Shown piece by piece: positions 19,474 through 30,244 of a DNA stretch of 64,000 nt. Position numbers and translations under genes: made by a program. The notes beneath the pieces were generated by a model. It was not told the DNA's origin, ran no database searches, and saw only the letters and a list, made by a program, of their open reading frames with translations. Position 1 is the stretch's first letter. Each line of letters begins with the position of its first letter. Source of the stretch: an uncultured bacterium (GTDB lineage: Bacteria; Patescibacteriota; Andersenbacteria; UBA10190; CAIZMI01); contig CAIZMI010000034.1 in the NCBI GenBank assembly GCA_903934015.1, positions 20,378 through 84,377 of the forward strand, given 5' to 3'.

Positions 19474-20721
19474 TTCCCAGCTTCCTTTTGTTCTAGAAAC
19501 ACCGGCAAACATTTGTTGTCCACGAGGAGATAAAAAGTTGTAAATCTCACGAGGAATTAACAGGGGTTTGGCAATCCGTAATCCTCGGTACGCAACTGAC
19601 GATGCTCCAGGACTGTAACCACCAAACTCTTCAGTACCTCGTTCAATGTCGTGGATAGTACGATCTTTTAGGATGATGCTTCCACATACTCCAGTGACGT
19701 AATCACTTTCGCCAAACAGGGAAACATACATCTCCTTTTCTTGATAGCGAGTATTAGGATCGCTGAAGTAGAGAGCCAGTTCACGATCATGTTCATACTC
19801 GGTTACCAGAAAGAGCGGGGCGTACAACTCCGTGAAGTTCTGCAGTTGACGGAGGGAGACTCTGACAACACATGGGCACATGACATTATGTTTCAGATCA
19901 ATCTGTCCACCGTATATAATCTCTCCTCCTTGTTGTCGCATTTCAGAGATCAGATTTGCGACATCAAGCAACGAGGAAGCTTCAAACAGTGGACCCACAA
20001 CGACATCATCTGCTGTGTAATCTTTATCGCAGCGTACCTGAGCGAGTTTTTTCAGCAAGCTCTTTACGTAGGCATCGACGATTGAACTGTGTACTAAGAT
20101 AATATCTGGACCAGCACAGTCTTGCCCGTTGTTGAACAACTTGACCTGCAGTGTTTTTTTGACAGCAAGGTCAAGATCTGCGCTAGGAGTTACCACCAGA
20201 GGGTTGTGACCCACACCGCTGAACAAAAGCAGTGTATCTTTGCTACAGGCTTTTCGGATACGCAGGAAGTTCTCGTACTTACCAGTAAAAAGAACAACAG
20301 AAGCATTTGCACAGTGTTCAATAAGAAAATCATCTCGTGAACCTTCAAAGGCTTGAATGTTTGAATAATACTCCCCGAGGGAGAGCCGTTCAAACAATTC
20401 AGCAAATAACTCTTTCATCCGCTGAGGAGGACGAACCATCAGCGACACAGATTGGTATGCAGGGAGGGCTGCAAATAGAACGAATGAATACAGAGGAAGG
20501 TTCAGAGGCAGGAAGGTTGCAGTTTTTTGGGCAAGAGGAGTGATTGGGAAGTACTGTTGGATTTCTCCGATACTTCTCAATGCTTCAATAGAACGCCTCA
20601 CTTCATCATCGACGACTTCTTTGCTTTGGTACTTGCGAAGAATTTCGTGAATTATAGCAACGTTCAATTCCAGGTGACCAGCAAAAGACTGAGCATGATC
20701 GACCACATTGGTGTACAGCAT
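19474..20721 (-). pseudogene. N-terminal aldehyde dehydrogenase-family part of the IS3-interrupted gene
   Basis: PLNLP, FTG, GHNP, FNNGQDC catalytic Cys, ELYAP; its apparent stop codon lies inside the IS end. Confidence 0.82.
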
Positions 20722-20855
20722 CGAATTTCTCCCTTGGTTGTGAATGAGCTTTCAGTAACTGAATACATAGAGACACCTAAAACCTATTTTCAAGTCATTT
20801 TGCTTGACTATTAATCATAATCATTTTATAAGTTAATGCAAATCAACCTATTCTT

Positions 20856-21626
20856 ATGATGAAGCTTACATTTATTGGCAGTGGTTGCTGGCAAGGAATT
20901 CCAGCGCCTTTTGGCGATGATGAAATTAGCAAAAAAGTAGAATGGGGTTCGAAGGATTTTCGTTTTAGAACATCGCTTCATGTCGAAACTGAAAATGCAA
21001 AAAGTATTATTCTAGAAGCAACACCAGATATTCGATTACAGTCTTGGAAATTCAAACTGAAGAAACCAGATGCTATCATTATCTCACATTGGCATTGGGA
21101 TCATTTGTTCGGCTTACTTGATTTAGACTGGTTTGTCTCAAAAAACCCACTTGTTGTATATGGAAATAGTGTAACAAAAGATTGGTATGACAAGAGAATG
21201 GGTCATATTAAGGTTGATTTTCAGGTATTCAAATCTTACAAATCATTCCAGATCGATAATATTAAAATTACTCCCCTAGAGGTGAATCACGTCGACAAAA
21301 CTGACGGCTTCTTGCTTGAAGACATGAATACGGGGAAGAAAATGGCATATCTTTCTGACCTTCATGGAATACCAGAAAGAACTAACCAGCTTATTAAAAA
21401 TAGTGATTTAGTCATCACCGATGCCACCTACTTAGCTTCGTATATTAATGATGATCCAACGCATTTACAGAAGGATCAGATTGTTCCCTTTCTGGAAAAG
21501 TTAAGTGCCAATGAGATTATTCTTACTAATATAGGTTCATATCAAGGCATGACACATGACGACTTTGAAAAAAAGTTTTCGCAATATACGATTGCATACG
21601 ATGGGATGGAACGACAATCCTCATAA
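20856..21626 (+). CDS. metallo-beta-lactamase fold hydrolase (PhnP-like phosphodiesterase)
   Basis: FIGSG..GIP, SHWHWDH, VNH, YLSD, ITDAT. Confidence 0.85.
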   Translation: MMKLTFIGSGCWQGIPAPFGDDEISKKVEWGSKDFRFRTSLHVETENAKSIILEATPDIRLQSWKFKLKKPDAIIISHWHWDHLFGLLDLDWFVSKNPLVVYGNSVTKDWYDKRMGHIKVDFQVFKSYKSFQIDNIKITPLEVNHVDKTDGFLLEDMNTGKKMAYLSDLHGIPERTNQLIKNSDLVITDATYLASYINDDPTHLQKDQIVPFLEKLSANEIILTNIGSYQGMTHDDFEKKFSQYTIAYDGMERQSS

Positions 21627-21734
21627 ACATTTCATATAAAACAATGAATCTCCCCCGAGCACCACACCCGGAGCATTAGAAAAAAATCAAACAAACAACT
21701 AATTTATTTTGTTATTTCGATTCCACGCTGAAAC

Positions 21735-23252
21735 CTAGTTTTCTCCCGGTTTATAACCGACAGTTACGTTCGTTCCTACCGGCAGAGCATCTTTTGAGCC
21801 CTCAATCGGTAAGCGCACAAAGAAAGTTGAACCACGACCAAGCCCCGGACTGTCTACCCAGATATCACCATGATGTTCACGACAAATTTTGCGCGCTACG
21901 TACAAACCCAACCCTGAACCATCAGTGTGGTACTTTTCCGCTCCACCCACACGGGTGAATTTCACGAACAAACGACCAATATCCTCTGCGGTCACCCCCT
22001 TGCCAGTGTCCTGAACTGAAAAAGTAAGAAAATCATCTTCTCGAATCACCCTAACATCGACTTGTCCTGAATTTGTGTACTTAATTGCGTTATCCACGAC
22101 ATTTAATACAACTTGTCGAATACGTTGAGAGTCAGCAACCACATGAGGCATACCAGCTTCGGATTGGTGAAAGTTCAAAACCAAATTCTTTTTCTTTGCG
22201 TTTGGCGAAAGTTCTGTGACAATTTCTTGTGCCATTTTTGCCAAATCCACCGACCGAAGCGACAGTTCCAACCTCCCACTTTCGATCCGCGACACATCCA
22301 AAAGATTTTTAATAAGCTCAATCAAACGTTCACTCGACTGGTATAGAATTTCCATAATCGGTTGTTGCTTAACACTCACTTTTCCATAATCCCCTTCTTG
22401 CACCATCGAAAGATAGCCTTTAATCGCCGTTAACGGTGTGTAAAGCTGATGCGAAGCAATGCTTAAAAACTCACTCTTGGCTTTATCCAATTGGGCCAAA
22501 CGATCATTTGCTTCACGTAAGTCTTCAGTGGTTTTTTGTAAATCCTCATAAATTTTGGATTTGTAAATTGCCAACGAAACAAGACCAATAATACCGGAAA
22601 TAGCTTCCCTCTCGTATTGTGAAAGATTATTTAGATCACGACTGGCTGTGAGAATTAAAACGCCTAATGCCTGTTTACTTTGCGAAAGAGGATAAATCAG
22701 CGAACTCTTAAGATTTTTCCCCACCGATGTTTTGGCCACCTGCTCAACAAAAGAAACAGGATAAACACTGGAATATCCATCGATAACATGGGCTTGATGT
22801 TCCCGCATTGCCTCCTTGGCGATATCCACATTCTGCAGTGACTCTTCAAAATTATCTAATGTTTTCTTCTTCAGAATCTTATTTATTTCCGACACGGGAG
22901 ATGTAACCGAAAGCCAACGCATCTTGTCATCATTATTATCATTTCTAAATACGGAAATAGCAGCCAATTCATAACCGAGCTCTTGCCCAATAGCGATTGT
23001 TACCCTTGATGACATATCTTCCATACCAATAGATGTCATAGAAACTTCATCCAATTTTCTAAGTAAAGCCAGTGTCTTGTTACGAATAGCTAATTCCGCG
23101 TTGCGCTTATACAACTCGCGATTTACCTGAGACAGCAAACCTCCCTCACCATCAATTTGCTCATCGTTATTTTCCTTCTTTTTACTTTTCGGATACTTAT
23201 CCACACGCATAAAAAGTAGCTCTTTTATTTTTCCAAGGAAACCGTTACTCAT
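21735..23252 (-). CDS. GAF-domain sensor histidine kinase
   Basis: IASHQLYTPL H-box, NVVDNAIKY, DTGKG, GSGLGLY. Confidence 0.92.
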   Translation of the reverse strand: MSNGFLGKIKELLFMRVDKYPKSKKKENNDEQIDGEGGLLSQVNRELYKRNAELAIRNKTLALLRKLDEVSMTSIGMEDMSSRVTIAIGQELGYELAAISVFRNDNNDDKMRWLSVTSPVSEINKILKKKTLDNFEESLQNVDIAKEAMREHQAHVIDGYSSVYPVSFVEQVAKTSVGKNLKSSLIYPLSQSKQALGVLILTASRDLNNLSQYEREAISGIIGLVSLAIYKSKIYEDLQKTTEDLREANDRLAQLDKAKSEFLSIASHQLYTPLTAIKGYLSMVQEGDYGKVSVKQQPIMEILYQSSERLIELIKNLLDVSRIESGRLELSLRSVDLAKMAQEIVTELSPNAKKKNLVLNFHQSEAGMPHVVADSQRIRQVVLNVVDNAIKYTNSGQVDVRVIREDDFLTFSVQDTGKGVTAEDIGRLFVKFTRVGGAEKYHTDGSGLGLYVARKICREHHGDIWVDSPGLGRGSTFFVRLPIEGSKDALPVGTNVTVGYKPGEN

Positions 23253-23466
23253 GTTTTTATTATACATGATTATTCTCCAGCAGTCTTCGTTTAAGAAAAA
23301 GAAAAAACCAGCCACAAACTGCCATGGCTGGTTGTTGTGTTGTGTTGTTGACTTTTAATATAAAGATACTATGATAACCTATCGCCTTTAAGTTTGACCT
23401 TTAACAATCACAAAATTTCCTTGATACAATACGCAGGTCAAGGACTTCCCAAATGGAGAATGTACA

Positions 23467-23943
23467 ATGACACGTTTTATTGAGATTCCTGGGCAGGTCG
23501 TTATAGGCACACAAGCCGCTTCCGGAACTAAATATTTTTCTGAACATGGAGGAACAATAGCGCTTCAAAGAACTCATTTCGAGCAAGCGGGAGTCGACTT
23601 GACTAGAATCCATAACGGAACTGTTAATGTTGATATAAAACCACTCTCGTTTTATATCAAAAAGCCAACAATCATTGTTCCAAATGTTTACTGGCATCCA
23701 ATTTACAGAGACAGGTCAGAAACATTCTGGTTCGTTGAATGCATACTTCATTTTCAAGATAATGAGTATGAAGGCTTCGTATATTATCCACATCCTAGCA
23801 CAAAGATAGGTATCTCTCCTGGAAAATCAGTAATCGAGACACTAATACCGTTCATTTCAAATTTGAATTATGGAAGTTTAGTTGCACTAAAACTTCCCGA
23901 CGATCGGATAGAGATAGAAAGACAAAACGAAAGTATCATATAG
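23467..23943 (+). CDS. hypothetical protein, CTP-dependent riboflavin-kinase-like fold (tentative)
   Basis: G.V..G...AS, GTVNVD, Y.PHP..K, VIE pattern. Confidence 0.5.
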   Translation: MTRFIEIPGQVVIGTQAASGTKYFSEHGGTIALQRTHFEQAGVDLTRIHNGTVNVDIKPLSFYIKKPTIIVPNVYWHPIYRDRSETFWFVECILHFQDNEYEGFVYYPHPSTKIGISPGKSVIETLIPFISNLNYGSLVALKLPDDRIEIERQNESII

Positions 23944-24001
23944 TCTTTCGATTTGCTCTACCCCCTTGCGTATTTGAGGGGGATTTTTATTAACCATAAT
24001 C

Positions 24002-24889
24002 ATGAATATGAAATTAGACAAACAGGCCAATGTGGAAAAAGTAATAATTCTACCCTTCTATGGTGAATTTGGTTGGTTTTTAAATTCACATATTAGGCTT
24101 GCCCATTATTTTATTGCTTCAAACAAAATAGTATGCTGTCGAAAAGGCGAAGAGGTCTACTTCCCCTCTGCGAATAACTTTTTCTATGACTGGAAGGACA
24201 TATTTGAAGACTATGAAAAGTGTGGTTTTCGGAATACGTGGCCAATTAGCCCTTCATTCAAAGCAACTGCCGAAGAAGAAAGACTTAAAACAAAACTTAA
24301 AAGTTTATATCCAGAACACCGATTATTAGACTTCCAATATGCAATCCCCCCAGAATTAGTACAATATTTTCCCATACCGATACAATTCAAAAAGAAATAT
24401 GGTATTAAAGTTGATATCGTTATTTGCGCACGCAAAAGACACGCCACAGGCAATTTCGGTGACCATGGAATAAGAAATTTTGAAAAATGGCCACAAGTAA
24501 TTGTTCCCCTGCTACAAAAAGGATACAGAATTGGTATTGTTGGAAAAAAAGAGACATCTTATGACTATTCAGTTTTTGATACACGTAGCTGGGAATACAA
24601 AGACAACAACAGTGCAATTTTTGAAATGCTAAGCTCTGCCCGCATATATATCGGAACAGATACTGGGCCAACACACCTAGCAGCGCTATTAAAAACACCG
24701 ATGATTCTCTTCCGTAACGAGAATGAAACCTTGAGTCCTAATTTGCTTAATAATTGTATATTACCCATCGCACGCAACCAAAATTTTTACGCTGAAATAG
24801 TGTCAGATGGCTGGAACAATCCTACAAAAGTTGTAGAAACCACTTGCAGATATTTAAACAAAACTACTTCCTCTCAAGAATTTCTCTGA
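24002..24889 (+). CDS. glycosyltransferase family 9-like protein
   Basis: YIGTDTGPTHLAALLKTP. Confidence 0.7.
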   Translation: MNMKLDKQANVEKVIILPFYGEFGWFLNSHIRLAHYFIASNKIVCCRKGEEVYFPSANNFFYDWKDIFEDYEKCGFRNTWPISPSFKATAEEERLKTKLKSLYPEHRLLDFQYAIPPELVQYFPIPIQFKKKYGIKVDIVICARKRHATGNFGDHGIRNFEKWPQVIVPLLQKGYRIGIVGKKETSYDYSVFDTRSWEYKDNNSAIFEMLSSARIYIGTDTGPTHLAALLKTPMILFRNENETLSPNLLNNCILPIARNQNFYAEIVSDGWNNPTKVVETTCRYLNKTTSSQEFL

Positions 24890-25622
24890 TCTGTAATAAT
24901 TTACTTTGCGGTATTGCAATTAATGTTTGTATGCCAGAGTCCCATTGGTAAGGTTTCTGCCCACTGCCCATTACACACAATCCATATTCTTCAAAACAAA
25001 GACTGATTGGCGATAAATCCCATATTTTCGCAGTTTTATTAAAGTAGGCATTATTTTCTTGCGACACGATAGATAACGCATTATCAACACAAGACCAACG
25101 ATCACTTACTATGAAGTCTTGTTTTTTTAGAATTGGGGCAAACCCATTATCGTCAGCAATAATACTCAAATCCTGCGTCTTGTCTAAATTAATATGCTTT
25201 CTTTGTCCATTAACAAAAACTCCTTTATTGCGTTGTGCGGTAACAAGCATATCTTTAAAGGGATTATAAAGAACAGATAACTGAACTTTATCTTCCGTGA
25301 TACGCGCGATCATAACCCCACAATCTTTTACACCATGCGTAAAATTATGCGTGCCATCAAGCGGATCAATAATCCAAATATTTTTTGCGTCAATCGTTTT
25401 TAACAATCCCTTTTCTTCCGCTATAATTCCATCTTCCGGGAAATTTATTTGAATTTGTTCAATAATATACGCTTCTGAACGTAAATCCGCGTCAGTAGCA
25501 AAATCGTTTGCTCCCGATCCTTTAATGTGTCGTTTAAGCTTTTGCCCAAAATAATTCTTGATTATTTCTCCAGCCTTACTCGCCATCTCAACGGCCAGTT
25601 CCAATGGTGTAATCATAATCAC
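24864..25622 (-). CDS. inositol monophosphatase family protein
   Basis: TDAD, IIAEE, WIIDPLDGTHNF, IWD. Confidence 0.88.
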   Translation of the reverse strand: MIMITPLELAVEMASKAGEIIKNYFGQKLKRHIKGSGANDFATDADLRSEAYIIEQIQINFPEDGIIAEEKGLLKTIDAKNIWIIDPLDGTHNFTHGVKDCGVMIARITEDKVQLSVLYNPFKDMLVTAQRNKGVFVNGQRKHINLDKTQDLSIIADDNGFAPILKKQDFIVSDRWSCVDNALSIVSQENNAYFNKTAKIWDLSPISLCFEEYGLCVMGSGQKPYQWDSGIQTLIAIPQSKLLQIREILERK

Positions 25623-25660
25623 GCAAGAAACTAAAGACGATTTTTTTACAAATTATCTAA

Positions 25661-25942
25661 CTACTTGAGAATCTGTGGAATTTCTTCCTGGGAAGCAAAT
25701 TGGAGCAAAGGACGCACAGCATCTCGACAAACCTCACGAGAAAGTTTTCCGAAAAGTTTTTCGTATTGACCGACCAGATTTTCCAAAACAACCTTAGCAT
25801 CGCCATCAATGTGCACTTCATGTGTTTGTGCATTCAAATTTAGACCCTTTACCTTCTTAGCCTCCGACCAAGCCACAGGACCAATGATAGCAGCTTGTTC
25901 TTCAATGATCTTATTAACGATTTTTTCTACAGCTTCAGTCAT
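25661..25942 (-). CDS. small conserved hypothetical protein of a signalling locus
   Basis: IIEEQAAIIGPVA..LVGQYEKLFG; overlaps the upstream gene's end. Confidence 0.7.
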   Translation of the reverse strand: MTEAVEKIVNKIIEEQAAIIGPVAWSEAKKVKGLNLNAQTHEVHIDGDAKVVLENLVGQYEKLFGKLSREVCRDAVRPLLQFASQEEIPQILK

Positions 25943-26747
25943 TTGAACCATCCGTTAATTTCTTAAAGACAAAACCAAGATACATTAGAGCAATAGTCAT
26001 TAATGTATATGAAAGTAAATATATATAATCGCTAACTCCACCAGAGTACACCATTTCCCTGCTAGCCCTAAAAATAAAAACATAATCAGCAATTGCCTGT
26101 GAAAAAACCGCCACCATAAGAAATAAAACAGGAAACTTCATGATTCCACCCAGAAACTTCTTTGACAACAAGTAAACCAAAATAATCAAGGAAATGTACA
26201 CTCCATCGATAATTGGTGACGCTAAATCTAAAATTATAACAACGGGGCTTGACCAGTCAAAAACATACCCTCGCAAAAAGAAAAAATAAGACGAAAAAGC
26301 CCATAACAATGGAATCAAAATCGCACCAATTCGTCCTTGATACGTTTTAAGAGCAGGTCGAATACCAAGAGAGCGAATCAACTGGATAGAACCAAAAGCA
26401 TACAAAAAACCAGTACTAAAAAAAGCAAAATCACCAATAGACGGATATGGCACTTCCATACCCAACACAATAATATAGTAAGAGTAACAAATCTGACCAA
26501 CAAATTGAGCCAATAATCCAAGAGCAAATGATCCAAAAGCTTTTCCTAAAATACTTTTAAATCCACCCCATTTTTTCGCTATCACCAATCCTGCAATACC
26601 GCCCCAGAACGCTACTGCCCCATAAACAGACGTAAAAATATCATTCTCCGTTCCACTTTGCTGACCACGAACAAACAAACTAATCCACCAAATAGTAATA
26701 ACTACAAAAAACACTATCGTAAACAAAAACAATTTCTTATTTTTCAT
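25935..26747 (-). CDS. multi-TM membrane protein, putative sensor module
   Basis: About 8 TM segments, PYPSIGD motif. Confidence 0.75.
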   Translation of the reverse strand: MKNKKLFLFTIVFFVVITIWWISLFVRGQQSGTENDIFTSVYGAVAFWGGIAGLVIAKKWGGFKSILGKAFGSFALGLLAQFVGQICYSYYIIVLGMEVPYPSIGDFAFFSTGFLYAFGSIQLIRSLGIRPALKTYQGRIGAILIPLLWAFSSYFFFLRGYVFDWSSPVVIILDLASPIIDGVYISLIILVYLLSKKFLGGIMKFPVLFLMVAVFSQAIADYVFIFRASREMVYSGGVSDYIYLLSYTLMTIALMYLGFVFKKLTDGSND

Positions 26748-26790
26748 TTCTGTAAGTGAATAATTGACTGTGTACATCTTTTTAATATCA

Positions 26791-27732
26791 TTAATATTGT
26801 ATCATACTCTTCAACCACTGCAATACACCAGTTTTTTGTTCCAACGAATACTTTCTCATAAAAGATATTGGACGATACTGCTCTTTCATGAGCCTTATCT
26901 GACCCAGGCCCAAATCTTCTTCAAGATTTAATAAATCACAATTTCTTTCTCTCAATTTTTTCGAAGCCTCCCTCATCAAAAATGAAAAAACTCCCGTAAA
27001 GTGATAATCTGCTTTTCCAAAATGACTTACAGCTGTAGATTCGTTGCAAATTTGCGCAATCATAAACGCAATTGGTTTTTCTTGAACAAAAACCACAATA
27101 CTAATTAAATTAAAATTATCCACATACTTAAGCAGTTTTAAAAGTGCTTTTTCTTCACGTTTCGAATATGACTCTCGCACAGAATTCCACTTTTCCCAAA
27201 CATTAGTAATTACACTAAGCTCAGCACTGTCATTGAGCTCAACGACCTTCACTTCACAAGAATCGCCATATTGAGACTCAAACCTTTTTGCCAAACGCCT
27301 TTGTCTAGAATATTTTCCTCCCTCCAAAGACGCAATTTCATTAACAGAATATACATAATCAAAATTATCTCGATCTTCCTTGATTTCGACCCTCAATTCT
27401 TCGGCAGAACAAAAATTGATTGTTTCTTGCGGAATCATCCTTAAAATCGGACGAATGTTTTGTTTCTTCGCATATTTAAAAATTGATCGAATTGTTTCAG
27501 GAACCTGATTGTTTCCCAAAAATGAAAAAAATTCTTTCCCTGAAATATCATCCGTTAAACGGACCACCAAATTGTTATTCAACATTGAAAATTGACGCCT
27601 GTCATCCGTATCCCAGCAGAATAGTGAGATGAAATTAAAATCCGAATAAACCGGATAATTTTTCGTAAAATTAGTCACTTCTTCCTGATCTGTAATTTCA
27701 ATTTTCTTAAACTCCGGGAATTGTGGGATCAT
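26791..27732 (-). CDS. DUF2156 / phosphatidylglycerol lysyltransferase C-terminal-like GNAT protein
   Basis: YSDFNF, DYVY....L.G.KY, HFGKAD, LNLEEDLG..K..YRP. Confidence 0.8.
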   Translation of the reverse strand: MIPQFPEFKKIEITDQEEVTNFTKNYPVYSDFNFISLFCWDTDDRRQFSMLNNNLVVRLTDDISGKEFFSFLGNNQVPETIRSIFKYAKKQNIRPILRMIPQETINFCSAEELRVEIKEDRDNFDYVYSVNEIASLEGGKYSRQRRLAKRFESQYGDSCEVKVVELNDSAELSVITNVWEKWNSVRESYSKREEKALLKLLKYVDNFNLISIVVFVQEKPIAFMIAQICNESTAVSHFGKADYHFTGVFSFLMREASKKLRERNCDLLNLEEDLGLGQIRLMKEQYRPISFMRKYSLEQKTGVLQWLKSMIQY

Positions 27733-27791
27733 TGGTTATTATAGTATAGCGTATTAACAATTTAATAAAAAACCCGACACGTGCGCTTACG

Positions 27792-28160
27792 CTAACACGG
27801 ATCGGGAGGAACAGGGATCGGCACAGGCATATGCCATTGCATGTATACAACGCCCAGGATCGCTATTACCGCTCCAACGTATACCTGTCGAGGCAGAATC
27901 TCTGAAAAAATGAACCGGCTGGCAAGAATCAGCAATACGTTGGTGCCGACGTCATAGAGGATCGCCGCTTCGAGCAAGGTCCCCTTCTTTAGCGATGCCG
28001 TCCAAATCGACAGGGCGACGTTGCAGAGCAGAAAGCCGACAACAAGATGCCAAAGCCTGCCACTATTCTTTGCCCAGTGGTTCAGGACAACATCCCCAAC
28101 CACCGCGAAAATGATCAAGACCAGAGCAAGAAAATAAAAAGCAGTTCGGGTTCCAAACAC
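27792..28160 (-). CDS. SMR/DMT-like four-TM protein
   Basis: Four TMs, AAGGAGG SD, TTGACA promoter. Confidence 0.7.
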   Translation of the reverse strand: MFGTRTAFYFLALVLIIFAVVGDVVLNHWAKNSGRLWHLVVGFLLCNVALSIWTASLKKGTLLEAAILYDVGTNVLLILASRFIFSEILPRQVYVGAVIAILGVVYMQWHMPVPIPVPPDPC

Positions 28161-28450
28161 AGCAACCTCCTTTAGTGACTAGGTATTTCACTTGAAAAGA
28201 ACCAAGCATTATTACACCTATATCTTTTTTTGTCAACAGCCCGTTAGTGTAACTTGCTCAATAACCAAATGACACTTAGCCATAATAAGCCAAATTTTAT
28301 AACACAAATATGGTTTTTTCAGAATGTCGTTACCTAAAATTGGCTTAATAAAGCCAAATGTATCCATGACCAGTAAGCAGTTTCTTGATCGAAACAATAA
28401 TCAAAAGACACAGCAAATATGTTTCTGTGCTATATCCTATTTCCTAGATA

Positions 28451-28873
28451 TTAATATCGAAAATTCACCTTTACATCCGCGCTTTTGCCTTGAAAAAAGT
28501 CTTGGCAAAACTTCGCTGCCTTATACGGAGGATATGCTTTACAGCTGAAAATATCTAAATAGACCGCATTTGTTTGATTTGCAAAATGACCGGAGATTAG
28601 CGATGTTTCAATCAGTTGAGTCATCGAAAAACCGGACACGCGCGGGTCTTCACCAAAATCTACCACTGTGGTTTCACCAAAGGTTTTCATATCAATAAGC
28701 ACGCAAAGTTCGCGGACAAAATCTTTTATTTTTTGCGCATCTCTGATTATTTCCGGATTACACTCCTTTAAATCCACGCAAGTAGACATCCCCCACGGGT
28801 TCTCGTTACCATACTTTTCAACAATTTCTTGGTCTTTCGATACAAAATCACCACTCAATGAATTATCATTCAT
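28451..28873 (-). CDS. speD: S-adenosylmethionine decarboxylase family protein
   Basis: GFSMTQLIETSLISGHF, YLDIFSCK. Confidence 0.8.
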   Translation of the reverse strand: MNDNSLSGDFVSKDQEIVEKYGNENPWGMSTCVDLKECNPEIIRDAQKIKDFVRELCVLIDMKTFGETTVVDFGEDPRVSGFSMTQLIETSLISGHFANQTNAVYLDIFSCKAYPPYKAAKFCQDFFQGKSADVKVNFRY

Positions 28874-29454
28874 AATACTAACAATAAATAATTAATAAAC
28901 TGCGCACAACGATTATAGCAACCAGCTCGATAATATTCAACCCAACTGTATAAAAAAACACTTCACTTTTTGGATTGTTTAGCCGGATTTTACATTAACA
29001 AAAAAGTCGGCCCCTTCTGTATCCTTAAACGATTTCGTATCTTTTTTATTGATCATAAAAATCCTGCCAGTAGTACCTCCGGCAGGTTAAATGAAAAACT
29101 ATGTTCCTGTGCGAGAACGGTGAATCAAAGAACATAGCATTGATTGCGAAATCATTACGTTCCCTTGTTGCGCAAGAATTGCTTCCTCGCAAAAATTAGG
29201 CGTCTCCAATACATTCCTTTGTTGAAAACGTGAAGCATCCCAAGACGCGACTATGTAACATGTATGTTGCACCGGATTTGTCCATCCCCCAAAATCAGCA
29301 GAATGATCGGCAATAACAACGATTGTGTCGTTTTTGGAAATGCAACCCTTCGATTTATGGTGATGTCTCCGTTTATTGCTTAATTATTTGTGAAAAGTTC
29401 CAACCCGCTTTACATTATTAATATCTATGAAAAAAATGGGAAGTTAGTCAGACG

Positions 29455-30234
29455 ATGAAATTTTTCCTTTCAACCGGAATATTTTCAAAAATCTGCTCCC
29501 CCGACATTGCCGAAAAGATTGCATTAGATGCCGGTTATGACGGAATCGAACTTATGCTACCACCTCGTTATGTTTACCATCAAGAAGATACCGGCGATCT
29601 CTCTGCACTGCGCGCAACGACAATCATTCACTCAGCAAACGATTACTATGACGAATCACGATTTCACGCGGCATTAAGCGATGCGGTGAAAACAGCGCAT
29701 ACCATTAATTCCAAGCTGATCATCATTCATCCACCTTCCGCATATTTTAGTGGCCGTGAAAATATCCGCAGAGGCATCGCGCTCATTCAAAAATTACAAC
29801 AAGATACGGAACTGATAATTGCCTATGAAGTGCTCGGCATTTCATCACCAAAGACGCCAGACTCCTACCTCCACGGTTTAAAACAGCAAGGATACAAAAC
29901 ACCGCAAAAATGGGTAGATGATGTAAAACACTATAATTTAGCCGCAGTGCTCGACACCTCCCATGTGGCAAGTTGGGGAATCAATCCAACAACATTCCTT
30001 TCTCTTCTCGGTTCAAATGTCCGCCATATCCACCTTAGCGACTTCGACCCGAATACCAAAACAACCCATCTCCTGCCCGGTACGGGAAACATCAACTTAC
30101 CTGATTTCTTCCATACACTGCAGAAAGATTACCAGGACATTACTGTGACAATCGAAGTCAATCCAGTGAAGACGATGGCTGAAGGAGTAGAAATTGCAGA
30201 TAAATGTTTTACCTTCCTAAAAAAATATCAATAA
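29455..30234 (+). CDS. sugar phosphate isomerase/epimerase (xylose-isomerase-like TIM barrel)
   Basis: GYDGIEL, LDTSH, HIHLSD, HLLPGTG, TIE. Confidence 0.85.
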   Translation: MKFFLSTGIFSKICSPDIAEKIALDAGYDGIELMLPPRYVYHQEDTGDLSALRATTIIHSANDYYDESRFHAALSDAVKTAHTINSKLIIIHPPSAYFSGRENIRRGIALIQKLQQDTELIIAYEVLGISSPKTPDSYLHGLKQQGYKTPQKWVDDVKHYNLAAVLDTSHVASWGINPTTFLSLLGSNVRHIHLSDFDPNTKTTHLLPGTGNINLPDFFHTLQKDYQDITVTIEVNPVKTMAEGVEIADKCFTFLKKYQ

Positions 30235-30244
30235 TTCCAATGTT

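Noticed and set aside
21644-21735. Possible decayed IS200/IS605-type end
   Set aside because: Palindrome too degenerate and no second copy in the window.
28900-29400. ORF-poor stretch with a startless minus-strand frame (..NDTIVVIADHSADFGGW..)
   Set aside because: Probably a decayed gene, but no family recognised.
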